DNA of 64,000 bases from Candidatus Babeliales bacterium (GCA_041652535.1 JBAZHB010000002.1:1582-65581); one strand, 5' to 3'; shown: positions 36,177 to 43,190, counted from the stretch's first letter. Notes: generated by a model from the sequence alone, not told the origin. Program-made: numbers and translations.

Positions 36177-36295
36177 TGGGAAAGGTGAGAGTCGAACTCA
36201 CAATACCTGTTTCCCTTGGTCTAGCAAATACGCACAATCGTCATTGTGTAGTTTGCTATTCCGCACCAGTGCGTTACCAATTTCGCTACTTCCCC
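36177..36295 (-). tRNA. tRNA-like gene A (119 nt): class-II-type body, no canonical anticodon arm, 37-nt hairpin insertion
   Basis: Acceptor GGGGAAG/CTTTCCC (7 bp, one G-U). D-arm GCG-AAATTGGTAA-CGC. T-arm GTGAG-TTCGACT-CTCAC. Discriminator A. The central 44 nt between CTGGT and ACCAA contains a TAGCAAA/TTTGCTA + CACAAT/ATTGTG hairpin. Confidence 0.5.
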
Positions 36296-36310
36296 ATATT
36301 GGCGGATATT

Positions 36311-36631
36311 TCAGTCCGCCGTTTTTGTCATAATCGCAACATACATTTCCCCCGAAAGCACCTCTGTCCCTTGACAGTCTATTTCTATCCTGCAATGCGG
36401 GTTAAAGTTAGCCATTAACCAATCCTGCAACGGTTTTGCCAGCGCTCCCAATTCGTCATATTTTTCCTGTCCCTTTGCTTCTTCGTTCCAGCATTTTTCA
36501 CAATTATGTGGCGTATAAATATCTTTAGGTGTAGGGCATCGCACATTTGGAGGGCATTCTTCCAGCATAATTGCATCTTTAACCGGGACTTGTTTCGGAT
36601 TATTTTGCAGATATAACTCTATCCTTGTCAT
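36311..36631 (-). CDS. hypothetical Cys-containing protein lying between the tRNA-like genes
   Basis: 106 aa from ATG 36631 (RBS AAGGA). Confidence 0.45.
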   Translation of the reverse strand: MTRIELYLQNNPKQVPVKDAIMLEECPPNVRCPTPKDIYTPHNCEKCWNEEAKGQEKYDELGALAKPLQDWLMANFNPHCRIEIDCQGTEVLSGEMYVAIMTKTAD

Positions 36632-36748
36632 TTTTGCACATCCTTTATTTTTTATTTGCCTTTCGGCTTGCCGGATACGCTCCGGCGGGCGGCATGTGCT
36701 CACCTGATTTATACTCTCAGTCGGTACATGCTTCGTGTGTGGAGCTTG

Positions 36749-36782
36749 CGGGAAAGGTGAGGCTGGTTACTCACTCTCTCCC
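36749..36782 (-). ncRNA. tRNA minihelix-like element (acceptor stem + T-arm only)
   Basis: GGGAGAG-A-GTGAG-TAACCAGC-CTCAC-CTTTCCC-G. The 3' half is near-identical to the 3' end of tRNA-like A. Lies 6 nt after tRNA-like B. Confidence 0.4.
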
Positions 36783-36788
36783 ATATAG

Positions 36789-36888
36789 TGGACGGAGCAG
36801 GATTTGAACCTGCACGATTGCCTACTCTTTCGTTCGGAACTTTCACCGGATTAAGATTCCGGCGCGGCTACCATTTCGCCATCCGTCC
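36789..36888 (-). tRNA. tRNA-like gene B (100 nt): Leu-type (class II) body, CUU in the anticodon position, 32-nt variable region
   Basis: Acceptor GGACGGA/TCCGTCC (perfect). TG + GCG-AAATGGTAGC-CGC D-arm. CCGGA-ATCTTAA-TCCGG anticodon arm. T-arm GCAGG-TTCAAAT-CCTGC. Discriminator A. Confidence 0.55.
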
Positions 36889-36927
36889 ATATTAGCGGGC
36901 ATCCTCGCCCGCTTTGCTTAGTGCGAA

Positions 36928-37230
36928 CTATTTTGCAAGAAAATGGCCGTCTTTCACAACTTCAAAATTGCCCTTTTTAACATACATCAGCATGCCGTCT
37001 CCGCCTTCTTCCCACCATTCCTTCACATCTTCAACAGTTTGCCATCCCTGAACCGGATCAGTCTTATCCATGTTAAAAAGCCCTTCGTAAAATCTCGGCT
37101 GGTCAGCATCCTTGCATCCGTATACAATCAAGTCACCTACGACACCGACACGTCCAACGATGTCGATATTCTTTAAGTAATCATATGTGTCGCCGCCCGT
37201 AACCCTTGCGAATACTATTTTATCTGCCAT
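36928..37230 (-). CDS. hypothetical protein
   Basis: 100 aa from ATG 37230 (RBS GGAGGG). Confidence 0.45.
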   Translation of the reverse strand: MADKIVFARVTGGDTYDYLKNIDIVGRVGVVGDLIVYGCKDADQPRFYEGLFNMDKTDPVQGWQTVEDVKEWWEEGGDGMLMYVKKGNFEVVKDGHFLAK

Positions 37231-37256
37231 TAAAATCCCTCCACTCATTTACAAAT

Positions 37257-37436
37257 TCATTTCAACTCTCTTTCCCCCGCCCCCATTTCCCTCACCTGCA
37301 CCCATTTCGCAACCCTCAGGCATTGCAGGAATATCTCCCGTGCATCTGCCAGCGTTGTCCGGGTGCGAAACGGCAGGCGGTTGGCGCGTATGTCTGCTGT
37401 TGCCATATCGAGGGCTGTTTTGGTTAGATTAGTCAT
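37257..37436 (-). CDS. possible small protein
   Basis: 59 aa from ATG 37436; weak RBS spacing. Confidence 0.25.
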   Translation of the reverse strand: MTNLTKTALDMATADIRANRLPFRTRTTLADAREIFLQCLRVAKWVQVREMGAGERELK

Positions 37437-37506
37437 TATGGGTGAGCCTCCAGTTTCCAAATTTCTGATTATGTGGTAAAATTGTGTCGAAAGGGGGTGA
37501 ATATAT

Positions 37507-37668
37507 ATGCCTAAAAAATCGCCTTGGCACTCAATCAAGCAACCTGTACATCACGACAACACCAACTGCAACACCGGTAACAACATTGAAAAGGAAAACC
37601 TGAGACAAGGAACCGGCGGAAAACCTCTCTGTCAAGAATGCGCAGGACTAGACAAACAAGGGAAATAG
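37507..37668 (+). CDS. small His/Cys protein on the opposite strand
   Basis: 53 aa. RBS AAGGGGGTGA. MPKKSPWHSIKQPVHHDNTNCNTGNNIEKENLRQGTGGKPLCQEC. Convergent with 37669..37956, zero-nt gap. Confidence 0.5.
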   Translation: MPKKSPWHSIKQPVHHDNTNCNTGNNIEKENLRQGTGGKPLCQECAGLDKQGK

Positions 37669-37956
37669 TCATTTGCCAGGGTGGTAAAATGTCATTTCCC
37701 AATCGGGGCCGACAGGCTCACCGTCGATGATGGGCCATATACGCCTGAGATTTGAGGGTTTTAAATCATTTTGCAACGCGATTGCAAGTGCTTTGAAGCC
37801 CTCGCTTCTTTCCCCGTGGAATCGTACAGTAGGTTCCGGATAACAATGTCCTGGTCCGCTCTCACATGATTCATAAGTTTCTATGCCTCCTTCAGCAAGA
37901 ATCTCAACTTCGCGTTCAATACCTTTGTCCAATGGCGGCGAATATTCTTTCTTCAT
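37669..37956 (-). CDS. hypothetical protein
   Basis: 95 aa; RBS AAAGGAGG. Confidence 0.5.
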   Translation of the reverse strand: MKKEYSPPLDKGIEREVEILAEGGIETYESCESGPGHCYPEPTVRFHGERSEGFKALAIALQNDLKPSNLRRIWPIIDGEPVGPDWEMTFYHPGK

Positions 37957-38045
37957 GGTGTTTCCTCCTTTGCTTACTCCTTGACCTCGCCTATGTACTC
38001 ATAAAACAATTTAGGCGATATGTGATATGTCTACACTGATATGGA

Positions 38046-38771
38046 TTAGGCCGATAATGCTTTTTGTCTATCCAGTACTTTCCTGATATAGTCAAGTCCC
38101 TTCTGGTAGACTAACGTTTTAATACTGATGCAGGTTGTTCCGTCCGGCTTCGTGTACTTCTGTTCAACTACTCTGAAATAGCCACGGTCAACATATTCCT
38201 GATAAGGCTCGTTATTATCTCTCAATATGCCTTCTGACCGGAGAATCCTGAATAATACATTCCTGCCCTTGCCATAGTTCAGTACTTTTGCAGCCTGTGA
38301 CATTTCAATAGCATCTTTACTGTTGGCTACTGCATCAAAGAATTCAGCTTTGGGCTTCATAAGGGCTATCACTTCATCTTTGGATTCAATGAGCTTCTGA
38401 GCTTCGATGAGTGCGGTTGCTATGAGTAGTTGTGGGGTCATTTTCTGATGAAAGTAATTTTCAACCAGCATTTCATAAACTTCCCACGCCTTGTCTGTAT
38501 TGAGTGATTTGGCATGAAGCAATGTGCCCTTTTCTGTCCAGAGCATGAATTTATTGATGTTTGGCGCAAGGTAGCAATTTGATACTTCGCCCTTAAAGGC
38601 TTGTAATTCCTCGCCCTCAAGAATGAAATAATGTATGCCTAGAATGTACCTATCCTGATTCCGCATAAAGTTCTGTCTTATGCGCTCGGTCTCGGTTTCG
38701 TAACCATCTGCCAGTTGCTGAGTAGTCAATACTCTCTGATTTTTGTGTTCGATTGGTACAAGACTGTTCAT
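38046..38771 (-). CDS. phage antirepressor (ORF6N/KilA-N-like N-domain + KilAC/ANT C-domain)
   Basis: NQRVLTTQQLADGYETETERIRQNFMRNQDRYILGIHYF, and C-terminal AEFFDAVANSKDAIEMSQAAKVL...YFRVVEQKY. Confidence 0.8.
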   Translation of the reverse strand: MNSLVPIEHKNQRVLTTQQLADGYETETERIRQNFMRNQDRYILGIHYFILEGEELQAFKGEVSNCYLAPNINKFMLWTEKGTLLHAKSLNTDKAWEVYEMLVENYFHQKMTPQLLIATALIEAQKLIESKDEVIALMKPKAEFFDAVANSKDAIEMSQAAKVLNYGKGRNVLFRILRSEGILRDNNEPYQEYVDRGYFRVVEQKYTKPDGTTCISIKTLVYQKGLDYIRKVLDRQKALSA

Positions 38772-38816
38772 AGCGTTCCTCGCTTCCTATCCTTGTAAAA
38801 CTTTGATATACTCCCA

Positions 38817-39029
38817 TTGAAGGGAGGCGATTCCGTGGATCCTAATTTTTGTCCATTTGCCAACGCAATGTGTAGAAAAGATTGCGTATTGTACAAAGAT
38901 ATTATGGTTGCTGACCCTTGCGGGAAAGCTTCGCATTGCTGGTTGTCTATTAAAATCAAGGATATTAATGAGTACCAGCATGATGATTTAACGCTAATTC
39001 TAAATACTATGAAGAGCAAAAAGCGTTAA
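38817..39029 (+). CDS. possible small Cys-rich protein on the plus strand
   Basis: Fills an otherwise empty 255-nt gap. Likely GTG start near 38835 after AAGGGAGG. CPF..C..C...C..HC. Confidence 0.3.
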   Translation: MKGGDSVDPNFCPFANAMCRKDCVLYKDIMVADPCGKASHCWLSIKIKDINEYQHDDLTLILNTMKSKKR

Positions 39030-39199
39030 TTTTCACAATCAAATAACTTTTCTTCGGCTCTTTGTACGGTAGCTTTTTGAGATATAGAATGTTTCAGATA
39101 AATCAATATCTCCTCAGCTTCATTTACCGTGCATTTTTTTTCGGCTAATAGGTTGATAATTTCTCTTACAATTGCCTCATTCTTTGCAGTAGCATCCAT
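39026..39199 (-). CDS. hypothetical small protein
   Basis: 57 aa from ATG 39199 (RBS AAAGGAGG). Confidence 0.4.
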   Translation of the reverse strand: MDATAKNEAIVREIINLLAEKKCTVNEAEEILIYLKHSISQKATVQRAEEKLFDCEN

Positions 39200-39281
39200 T
39201 ATGTGGTTCCTCCTTTCCTTAAGACTCACTTGCGTTTCCTCCGATAGGCAAGCGAACATTAGCCCCCTGTGGAGCATGGTA

Positions 39282-39506
39282 TTACGCTGGCTTCTCTCCA
39301 CCAATATCAGAGCCTTTCATGTAAAGCAAGAATCTTTCTGTATTTATGTAGAAAGCCCATCTTTCCATTTCAACGCCTGTACCGAACGGAAATCTTCCCT
39401 GCTGCAATGCGAGTTGTAAAAACCTCGGGGTAACATCCATAATCGCCGCAGCATCTTGAACAGTTATTGTATAAGGCCGTTTTTGTTCCAGCTCTAGAAG
39501 GGTCAT
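39282..39506 (-). CDS. small HTH DNA-binding protein (excisionase/AlpA-like fold)
   Basis: 74 aa; YTITVQDAAAIMDVTPRFLQLALQQGRFPFG. Confidence 0.5.
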   Translation of the reverse strand: MTLLELEQKRPYTITVQDAAAIMDVTPRFLQLALQQGRFPFGTGVEMERWAFYINTERFLLYMKGSDIGGEKPA

Positions 39507-39508
39507 AA

Positions 39509-39667
39509 CTATTCCTCCCTTGTATTGGAATCGGCAATCATGACGGCGCCACGTAAGGTTGCTAGGACAAGTTCCTTTTGTTTATCATTTAGTTTTCCAA
39601 TAAGAGAAATAACTTCTTGAAAGTCTCTTATATTGATGCTGTCGTTTACAGAATTGCTTTCTAACAT
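39509..39667 (-). CDS. first gene of the lytic (cro-position) transcript, unknown fold
   Basis: 52 aa from ATG 39667 (RBS GGTGAGGTGG). Divergent from the repressor gene. Confidence 0.45.
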   Translation of the reverse strand: MLESNSVNDSINIRDFQEVISLIGKLNDKQKELVLATLRGAVMIADSNTREE

Positions 39668-39802
39668 TTTGACCACCTCACCTTTAAATATCCAGCGATA
39701 ATTTAAGACTATCTTAATATTAATATAGATTATCCTTAAAGTCAAGGCGTTTTTAAAAATACTTATAGACAATCTATAAAAATAAATATATAATAATGTA
39801 AA
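39668..39802. promoter_or_regulatory. lysogeny switch region with palindromic operators
   Basis: AT-rich 135-nt divergent region. TTAAGActatCTTAA (39703-39717), TATAGAcaaTCTATA (39764-39778), and an extra TATAGA half-site at 39724. Confidence 0.6.
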
Positions 39803-40177
39803 ATGGAGGTGGATGAATTGAGTATAGGTGAAAGAATAAAGAGTATAAGAATGGGACAAAAAATTAAGCAAGGAGATGCGGCTGTCAAGATTGGAATTAA
39901 ACAGGGAAGCCTTTCTGATATTGAAAGAGGAAAAGTTAATATAGTAACAGATAGGGTAATAAAAGATGTTTGCCGCGAATTTAATGTGAATGAAGAATGG
40001 CTTAGGACTGGCATTGGAGAAGTGTATAACAGTTTCAATATTGACTTTGAAGAGTTCTTATTAACGAATGCTAGTCAACTTGACGAACTCGATAGAAAGA
40101 TAATACAAGAGTATATTAAATTAAAACCTAACCAAAGAAATGTTATTAAGGAATATATTAGCAAATTGACGATTTGA
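39803..40177 (+). CDS. XRE/cI-type HTH repressor
   Basis: IGERIKSIRMGQKIKQGDAAVKIGIKQGSLSDIERGK. The true start may be TTG at 39818 after GGAGGTGG. Confidence 0.75.
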   Translation: MEVDELSIGERIKSIRMGQKIKQGDAAVKIGIKQGSLSDIERGKVNIVTDRVIKDVCREFNVNEEWLRTGIGEVYNSFNIDFEEFLLTNASQLDELDRKIIQEYIKLKPNQRNVIKEYISKLTI

Positions 40178-40187
40178 AGGTGACTAG

Positions 40188-41213
40188 ATGAAACTCCCGA
40201 ACGGATATGGCACCATATATCGATTACCCGGAAACCGCAGAAGGCCTTACATGACTCGCAAGACTATCGGCAAAACAGATACTGGAAAGCCGATTTATGA
40301 AACGATAGGGTACTTTGAAGACAAGGAACTGGCGTTGAATGCGTTAGTAAAAAGTCACACAGAACCCATAATACCAAAAGCAGATATAACCCTAAAAGAT
40401 TTATATGATGAATGGTATCCCGATAAATATGAGTATATTTCAAAGCAAACAGAGGATTGCTATAGAGCTGCATGGAATCGCTTATCTGTATATGGCAAGG
40501 TCGAATTTAAAGAACTAAGGACAGGTCACATTCAATCGGTCGTCAATAAGTGTCATAAGGAAGGCAAAAGCATTTCAACTATAAAAAATATTAAAATATT
40601 GGCTTCAATGCTTTACGATTATGCCCTGCAAAATGATGTGGTCAATAAAAATTATGCTGAATTTGTCAGACTTCCTAAAGTTGAAAAAGAAGAAAAAGAA
40701 ATATTTACCGACTTAGAAATACAGAAACTAGAAAAGGCAGAGGGCGAACCATGGGTTGATACAATACTCATACTGATATATACAGGGTTGAGGATAAATG
40801 AACTTTTAAGTCTTACAAAATTCAGTATAAACTTTGAAAACCAAACAATAACCGGAGGACTTAAAACCGAAGCTGGTAAGAACAGGATAATACCCATACA
40901 CCCAAAGATATTAAAATATATAAAAACATGGTATGACAAAAATGGTGAATATCTTATATGCAATGAAAAAGGCAAGCATTTGTCGGACAGGGTATACCGT
41001 GATACGCTTTACCTTCCGGCACTTGATGCCCATGGGGTGAGAAAACTTAATCCTCATAGTTGCCGTCATACCTGCGCCAGCTTATTGGCGAAAGCCGGAG
41101 CCGACACTCTATATATTCAGAGGATACTCGGTCATGCTAAGTATTCTTTTACTGCCGACACTTATACTCGCACCGATATTGAGGAACTCAGGAAAGCCAT
41201 TTTGAAAATTTGA
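40188..41213 (+). CDS. int: tyrosine-type site-specific integrase
   Basis: 341 aa. TGLRINELLSL (Arg box), HSCRHTCASLL, LGHAKYSFTADTYT (catalytic Tyr region). Confidence 0.9.
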   Translation: MKLPNGYGTIYRLPGNRRRPYMTRKTIGKTDTGKPIYETIGYFEDKELALNALVKSHTEPIIPKADITLKDLYDEWYPDKYEYISKQTEDCYRAAWNRLSVYGKVEFKELRTGHIQSVVNKCHKEGKSISTIKNIKILASMLYDYALQNDVVNKNYAEFVRLPKVEKEEKEIFTDLEIQKLEKAEGEPWVDTILILIYTGLRINELLSLTKFSINFENQTITGGLKTEAGKNRIIPIHPKILKYIKTWYDKNGEYLICNEKGKHLSDRVYRDTLYLPALDAHGVRKLNPHSCRHTCASLLAKAGADTLYIQRILGHAKYSFTADTYTRTDIEELRKAILKI

Positions 41214-41227
41214 TGTTTGCATAAGGC

Positions 41228-41248
41228 TTGTTAGTAATTTGTTAGTAA
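41228..41248 (+). repeat. arm-type repeat pair, P arm (2 x TTGTTAGTAA, 11-bp period)
   Basis: TTGTTAGTAA at 41228-41237 and 41239-41248. Same 8-mer and orientation as the pair at 41437-41456. Confidence 0.6.
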
Positions 41249-41311
41249 CGGAAACGATTTGCCATAGCTTACCGATACTTACTTATTGCCCATCTATTTT
41301 AATTAGATATT

Positions 41312-41347
41312 AAAAAGCCGCTCAATCCTTACAGACAAGCGGTTTTT
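41312..41347 (+). terminator. intrinsic terminator after int
   Basis: CCGCT/AGCGG stem flanked by AAAAA and TTTTT. Confidence 0.5.
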
Positions 41348-41350
41348 CCT

Positions 41351-41400
41351 TGGTGAGCCATTGCGGATTCGAACCGCAGACACCTTGATTAAAAGTCAAG
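41351..41400 (-). other. attP-like core: 3' 50 nt of a tRNA-Lys(UUU) gene (anticodon stem to CCA)
   Basis: Minus strand reads CTTGA-CTTTTAA-TCAAG GTGTC TGCGG-TTCGAAT-CCGCA ATGGCTC A CCA. There is no D-arm or proper 5' acceptor upstream. Confidence 0.7.
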
Positions 41401-41436
41401 TGACGGATGGCTATTTTAATGGAGTCAAAGGGTGCT

Positions 41437-41456
41437 TTGTTAGTTTTTTGTTAGTT
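41437..41456 (+). repeat. arm-type repeat pair, P' arm (2 x TTGTTAGTT, 11-bp period)
   Basis: TTGTTAGTT at 41437-41445 and 41448-41456. Confidence 0.6.
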
Positions 41457-41607
41457 TTTGTGATTTGATAAGTCCTCTTGCACATCCCAGAAGACTATAC
41501 AGGTTTTTAAGGGTCAATTTCCCCGTTATATTGTTAATTTCACTTAATGCTTTATCATAAGTAAATTCTTGGGATTCCGATTTTGGGTTACTCGTTAAGT
41601 TCGCCAT
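41440..41607 (-). CDS. possible small protein
   Basis: 55 aa from ATG 41607 (RBS AGGGAGAA). Its 3' end overlaps the arm repeats. Confidence 0.3.
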   Translation of the reverse strand: MANLTSNPKSESQEFTYDKALSEINNITGKLTLKNLYSLLGCARGLIKSQKLTKN

Positions 41608-41852
41608 TTATCATTCTCCCTTTACTATTTATTCCCGCCGCCATCCGTACAAGCCATATTATATACTTTATGTCTACCTATTTCAACAAAATCGTTCGAC
41701 AAACTGTGCGTTATTTTGCATTATTTTGTCGGAATTTGCCGAATTAGAACGGCATGGGTACAAAATAGGACGATGGGACTAGAAGGCGGGTATGGGGGTA
41801 TTGCATAGTGAAAAATTATGTTATATGATGGTAGCAAAATGGAGGTGTTTGC

Positions 41853-42431
41853 ATGATATGTCCAAGATGTAACAATACTATCCCGAATAATTCTGCGTTT
41901 TGTAATATGTGTGGGTTACAGTTTACCCCAGTTATAAAACAAAAGAAAAAGAATTCTGCTGCTGGTTGCCTTGTATTATTCGCGGCCATAGTTTTTATAA
42001 TTGTTATAATTAACGCTGTAAACGGAGGTGACAAAGAAGACATAGCAGTAAACGATACCACGGTTGTCAAATCAACTGCAAACCTATCAGCAACACCAGG
42101 GCCAACACTATCCCCTGAAGAAATTGAACAAAAATTACATGATGAATGGGTAATTTCACAATTCAGGTTATGGGATGGCTCCCATTCGAGGTTAGTTAAA
42201 TTTGTTAAGGAAAATATGAATGATCCGAAAAGCTTTGAGCATGTTGAAACAACATATCTTGTAATAAGCACTCAGGAACAATTGGATTTAATAGGTAAGG
42301 GCAAGATTGGCGATTTATATGTTCATATGAAATTTAGAGGTGCAAATGCATTTGGAGGAACTATTTTATCAGAGGTTGAGGCGATTGTTGAATATGAAAA
42401 TAACACATTGACAGTATTGAATGATTTTTAA
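41853..42431 (+). CDS. zinc-ribbon / single-pass membrane protein with extracytoplasmic domain (moron)
   Basis: MICPRCNNTIPNNSAFCNMCG, TM AAGCLVLFAAIVFIIVIINAV, about 130-aa outer domain. RBS GGAGGTG. Confidence 0.6.
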   Translation: MICPRCNNTIPNNSAFCNMCGLQFTPVIKQKKKNSAAGCLVLFAAIVFIIVIINAVNGGDKEDIAVNDTTVVKSTANLSATPGPTLSPEEIEQKLHDEWVISQFRLWDGSHSRLVKFVKENMNDPKSFEHVETTYLVISTQEQLDLIGKGKIGDLYVHMKFRGANAFGGTILSEVEAIVEYENNTLTVLNDF

Positions 42432-42435
42432 GGGA

Positions 42436-42461
42436 CAAAAATAAAAGCCCCGGTGTGGGGC
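42436..42461 (-). terminator. intrinsic terminator of the minus-strand RHH/Cys-rich operon
   Basis: GCCCC/GGGGC stem followed on the minus strand by TTTTATTTTTGT. Confidence 0.6.
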
Positions 42462-42478
42462 GTGAAGGGTGATAGGCA

Positions 42479-42637
42479 TCAAAAATAATAGGTGTCGCAA
42501 TGCTCACAATCCTTATCTTTACAATGCTTGCATTCGTTTTCAGCCCAACAAGAGTTACATTCATCCTGCAAAGGGTTATCAAATTCATCAGTATCAGAAT
42601 TAAAAGACATTCCGCATGTTTTGCATATTGTTATCAT
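42479..42637 (-). CDS. small Cys-rich protein
   Basis: 52 aa. RBS AAGGAG. CKTCG...CNSC..ECKHC..DCEHC. Confidence 0.45.
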   Translation of the reverse strand: MITICKTCGMSFNSDTDEFDNPLQDECNSCWAENECKHCKDKDCEHCDTYYF

Positions 42638-42641
42638 GGTA

Positions 42642-42755
42642 TCACTCCTTTACTGGTTCAAAATCAGGACAACACCAATAATCATTTCCTTCTACCTTGC
42701 ATTCTTCATTGTCACAGATTATACACTTCCCATCAACTTTGTTTTTACACTTCAT
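42642..42755 (-). CDS. small Cys-rich protein
   Basis: 37 aa. RBS AGGAAGGAG. MKCKNKVDGKCIICDNEECK...WCC. Confidence 0.4.
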   Translation of the reverse strand: MKCKNKVDGKCIICDNEECKVEGNDYWCCPDFEPVKE

Positions 42756-42769
42756 CCCCTCACTCCTTC

Positions 42770-42982
42770 CTAATCCGTAAACCCCTTGTAATGTACAACC
42801 ATGCACAGATCATTAGAGGTCTTATTCATGCGTTTAGACAGTTCCCTTCCTGTGTCAGGCCTCAGTCTTTCGCTGAATCTGCCGCCTTCTTGGGTAACAT
42901 GGTAAATCATAAGCGTTTTGTCGTGTGACAGATAATAGTCGTTTTGTTTTAGTAGTTTTATTGCCTCTGCTTTGCTAATCAT
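42770..42982 (-). CDS. hypothetical protein (possible partner of the upstream RHH protein)
   Basis: 70 aa. Start overlaps the RHH stop (TAATG). Confidence 0.45.
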   Translation of the reverse strand: MISKAEAIKLLKQNDYYLSHDKTLMIYHVTQEGGRFSERLRPDTGRELSKRMNKTSNDLCMVVHYKGFTD

Positions 42983-43143
42983 TATTCCTTTCCCCCTTCC
43001 AACTCTTTTACCCGTCTTTCCAATTCCCCAAGCCTTATGTCCTGTTCGACTAGTCGGCTAATATATGCCCCTTTTTTCTTATCCAATGATACAAGCTTAT
43101 TAATTACAGCCTTGTTATGGATTGTTATAGTAAATATTTGCAT
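42982..43143 (-). CDS. ribbon-helix-helix-like small protein
   Basis: 53 aa. RBS GGAGGTGG. MQIFTITIHNKAVINKLVSLDKKKGAYISRLVEQDIR. Confidence 0.45.
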   Translation of the reverse strand: MQIFTITIHNKAVINKLVSLDKKKGAYISRLVEQDIRLGELERRVKELEGGKE

Positions 43144-43161
43144 GCGTCCACCTCCACTATA

Positions 43162-43190
43162 ATTATATCACGCATCCTTAGAATAAGCAA
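43162..43190 (-). promoter_or_regulatory. sigma-70-type promoter of the RHH operon
   Basis: Minus strand: TTGCTT (43190-43185), 17 nt, TATAAT (43167-43162). Confidence 0.55.

Noticed and set aside
36177-36295. tmRNA, because of the 5' GGGG start and tRNA-like ends of element A
   Set aside because: It is only 119 nt. There is no tag-peptide reading frame or pseudoknots, and no G3:U70 alanine identity pair (the wobble is at 4:69).
38768-39019. Minus-strand ORFs 38768..39019 and 38787..38981
   Set aside because: The sequences are hydrophobic and low-complexity with no RBS. The plus-strand Cys-rich ORF with an AAGGGAGG RBS explains the gap better, though it too is low confidence.
41351-41413. 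Intact tRNA-Lys gene next to the integrase
   Set aside because: Only the anticodon arm, variable loop, T-arm, 3' acceptor strand and CCA are present. There is no D-arm, and the putative 5' acceptor (TAGCCAT) sits 6 nt from the anticodon stem with a mismatch at position 1. Treated as an att core fragment.
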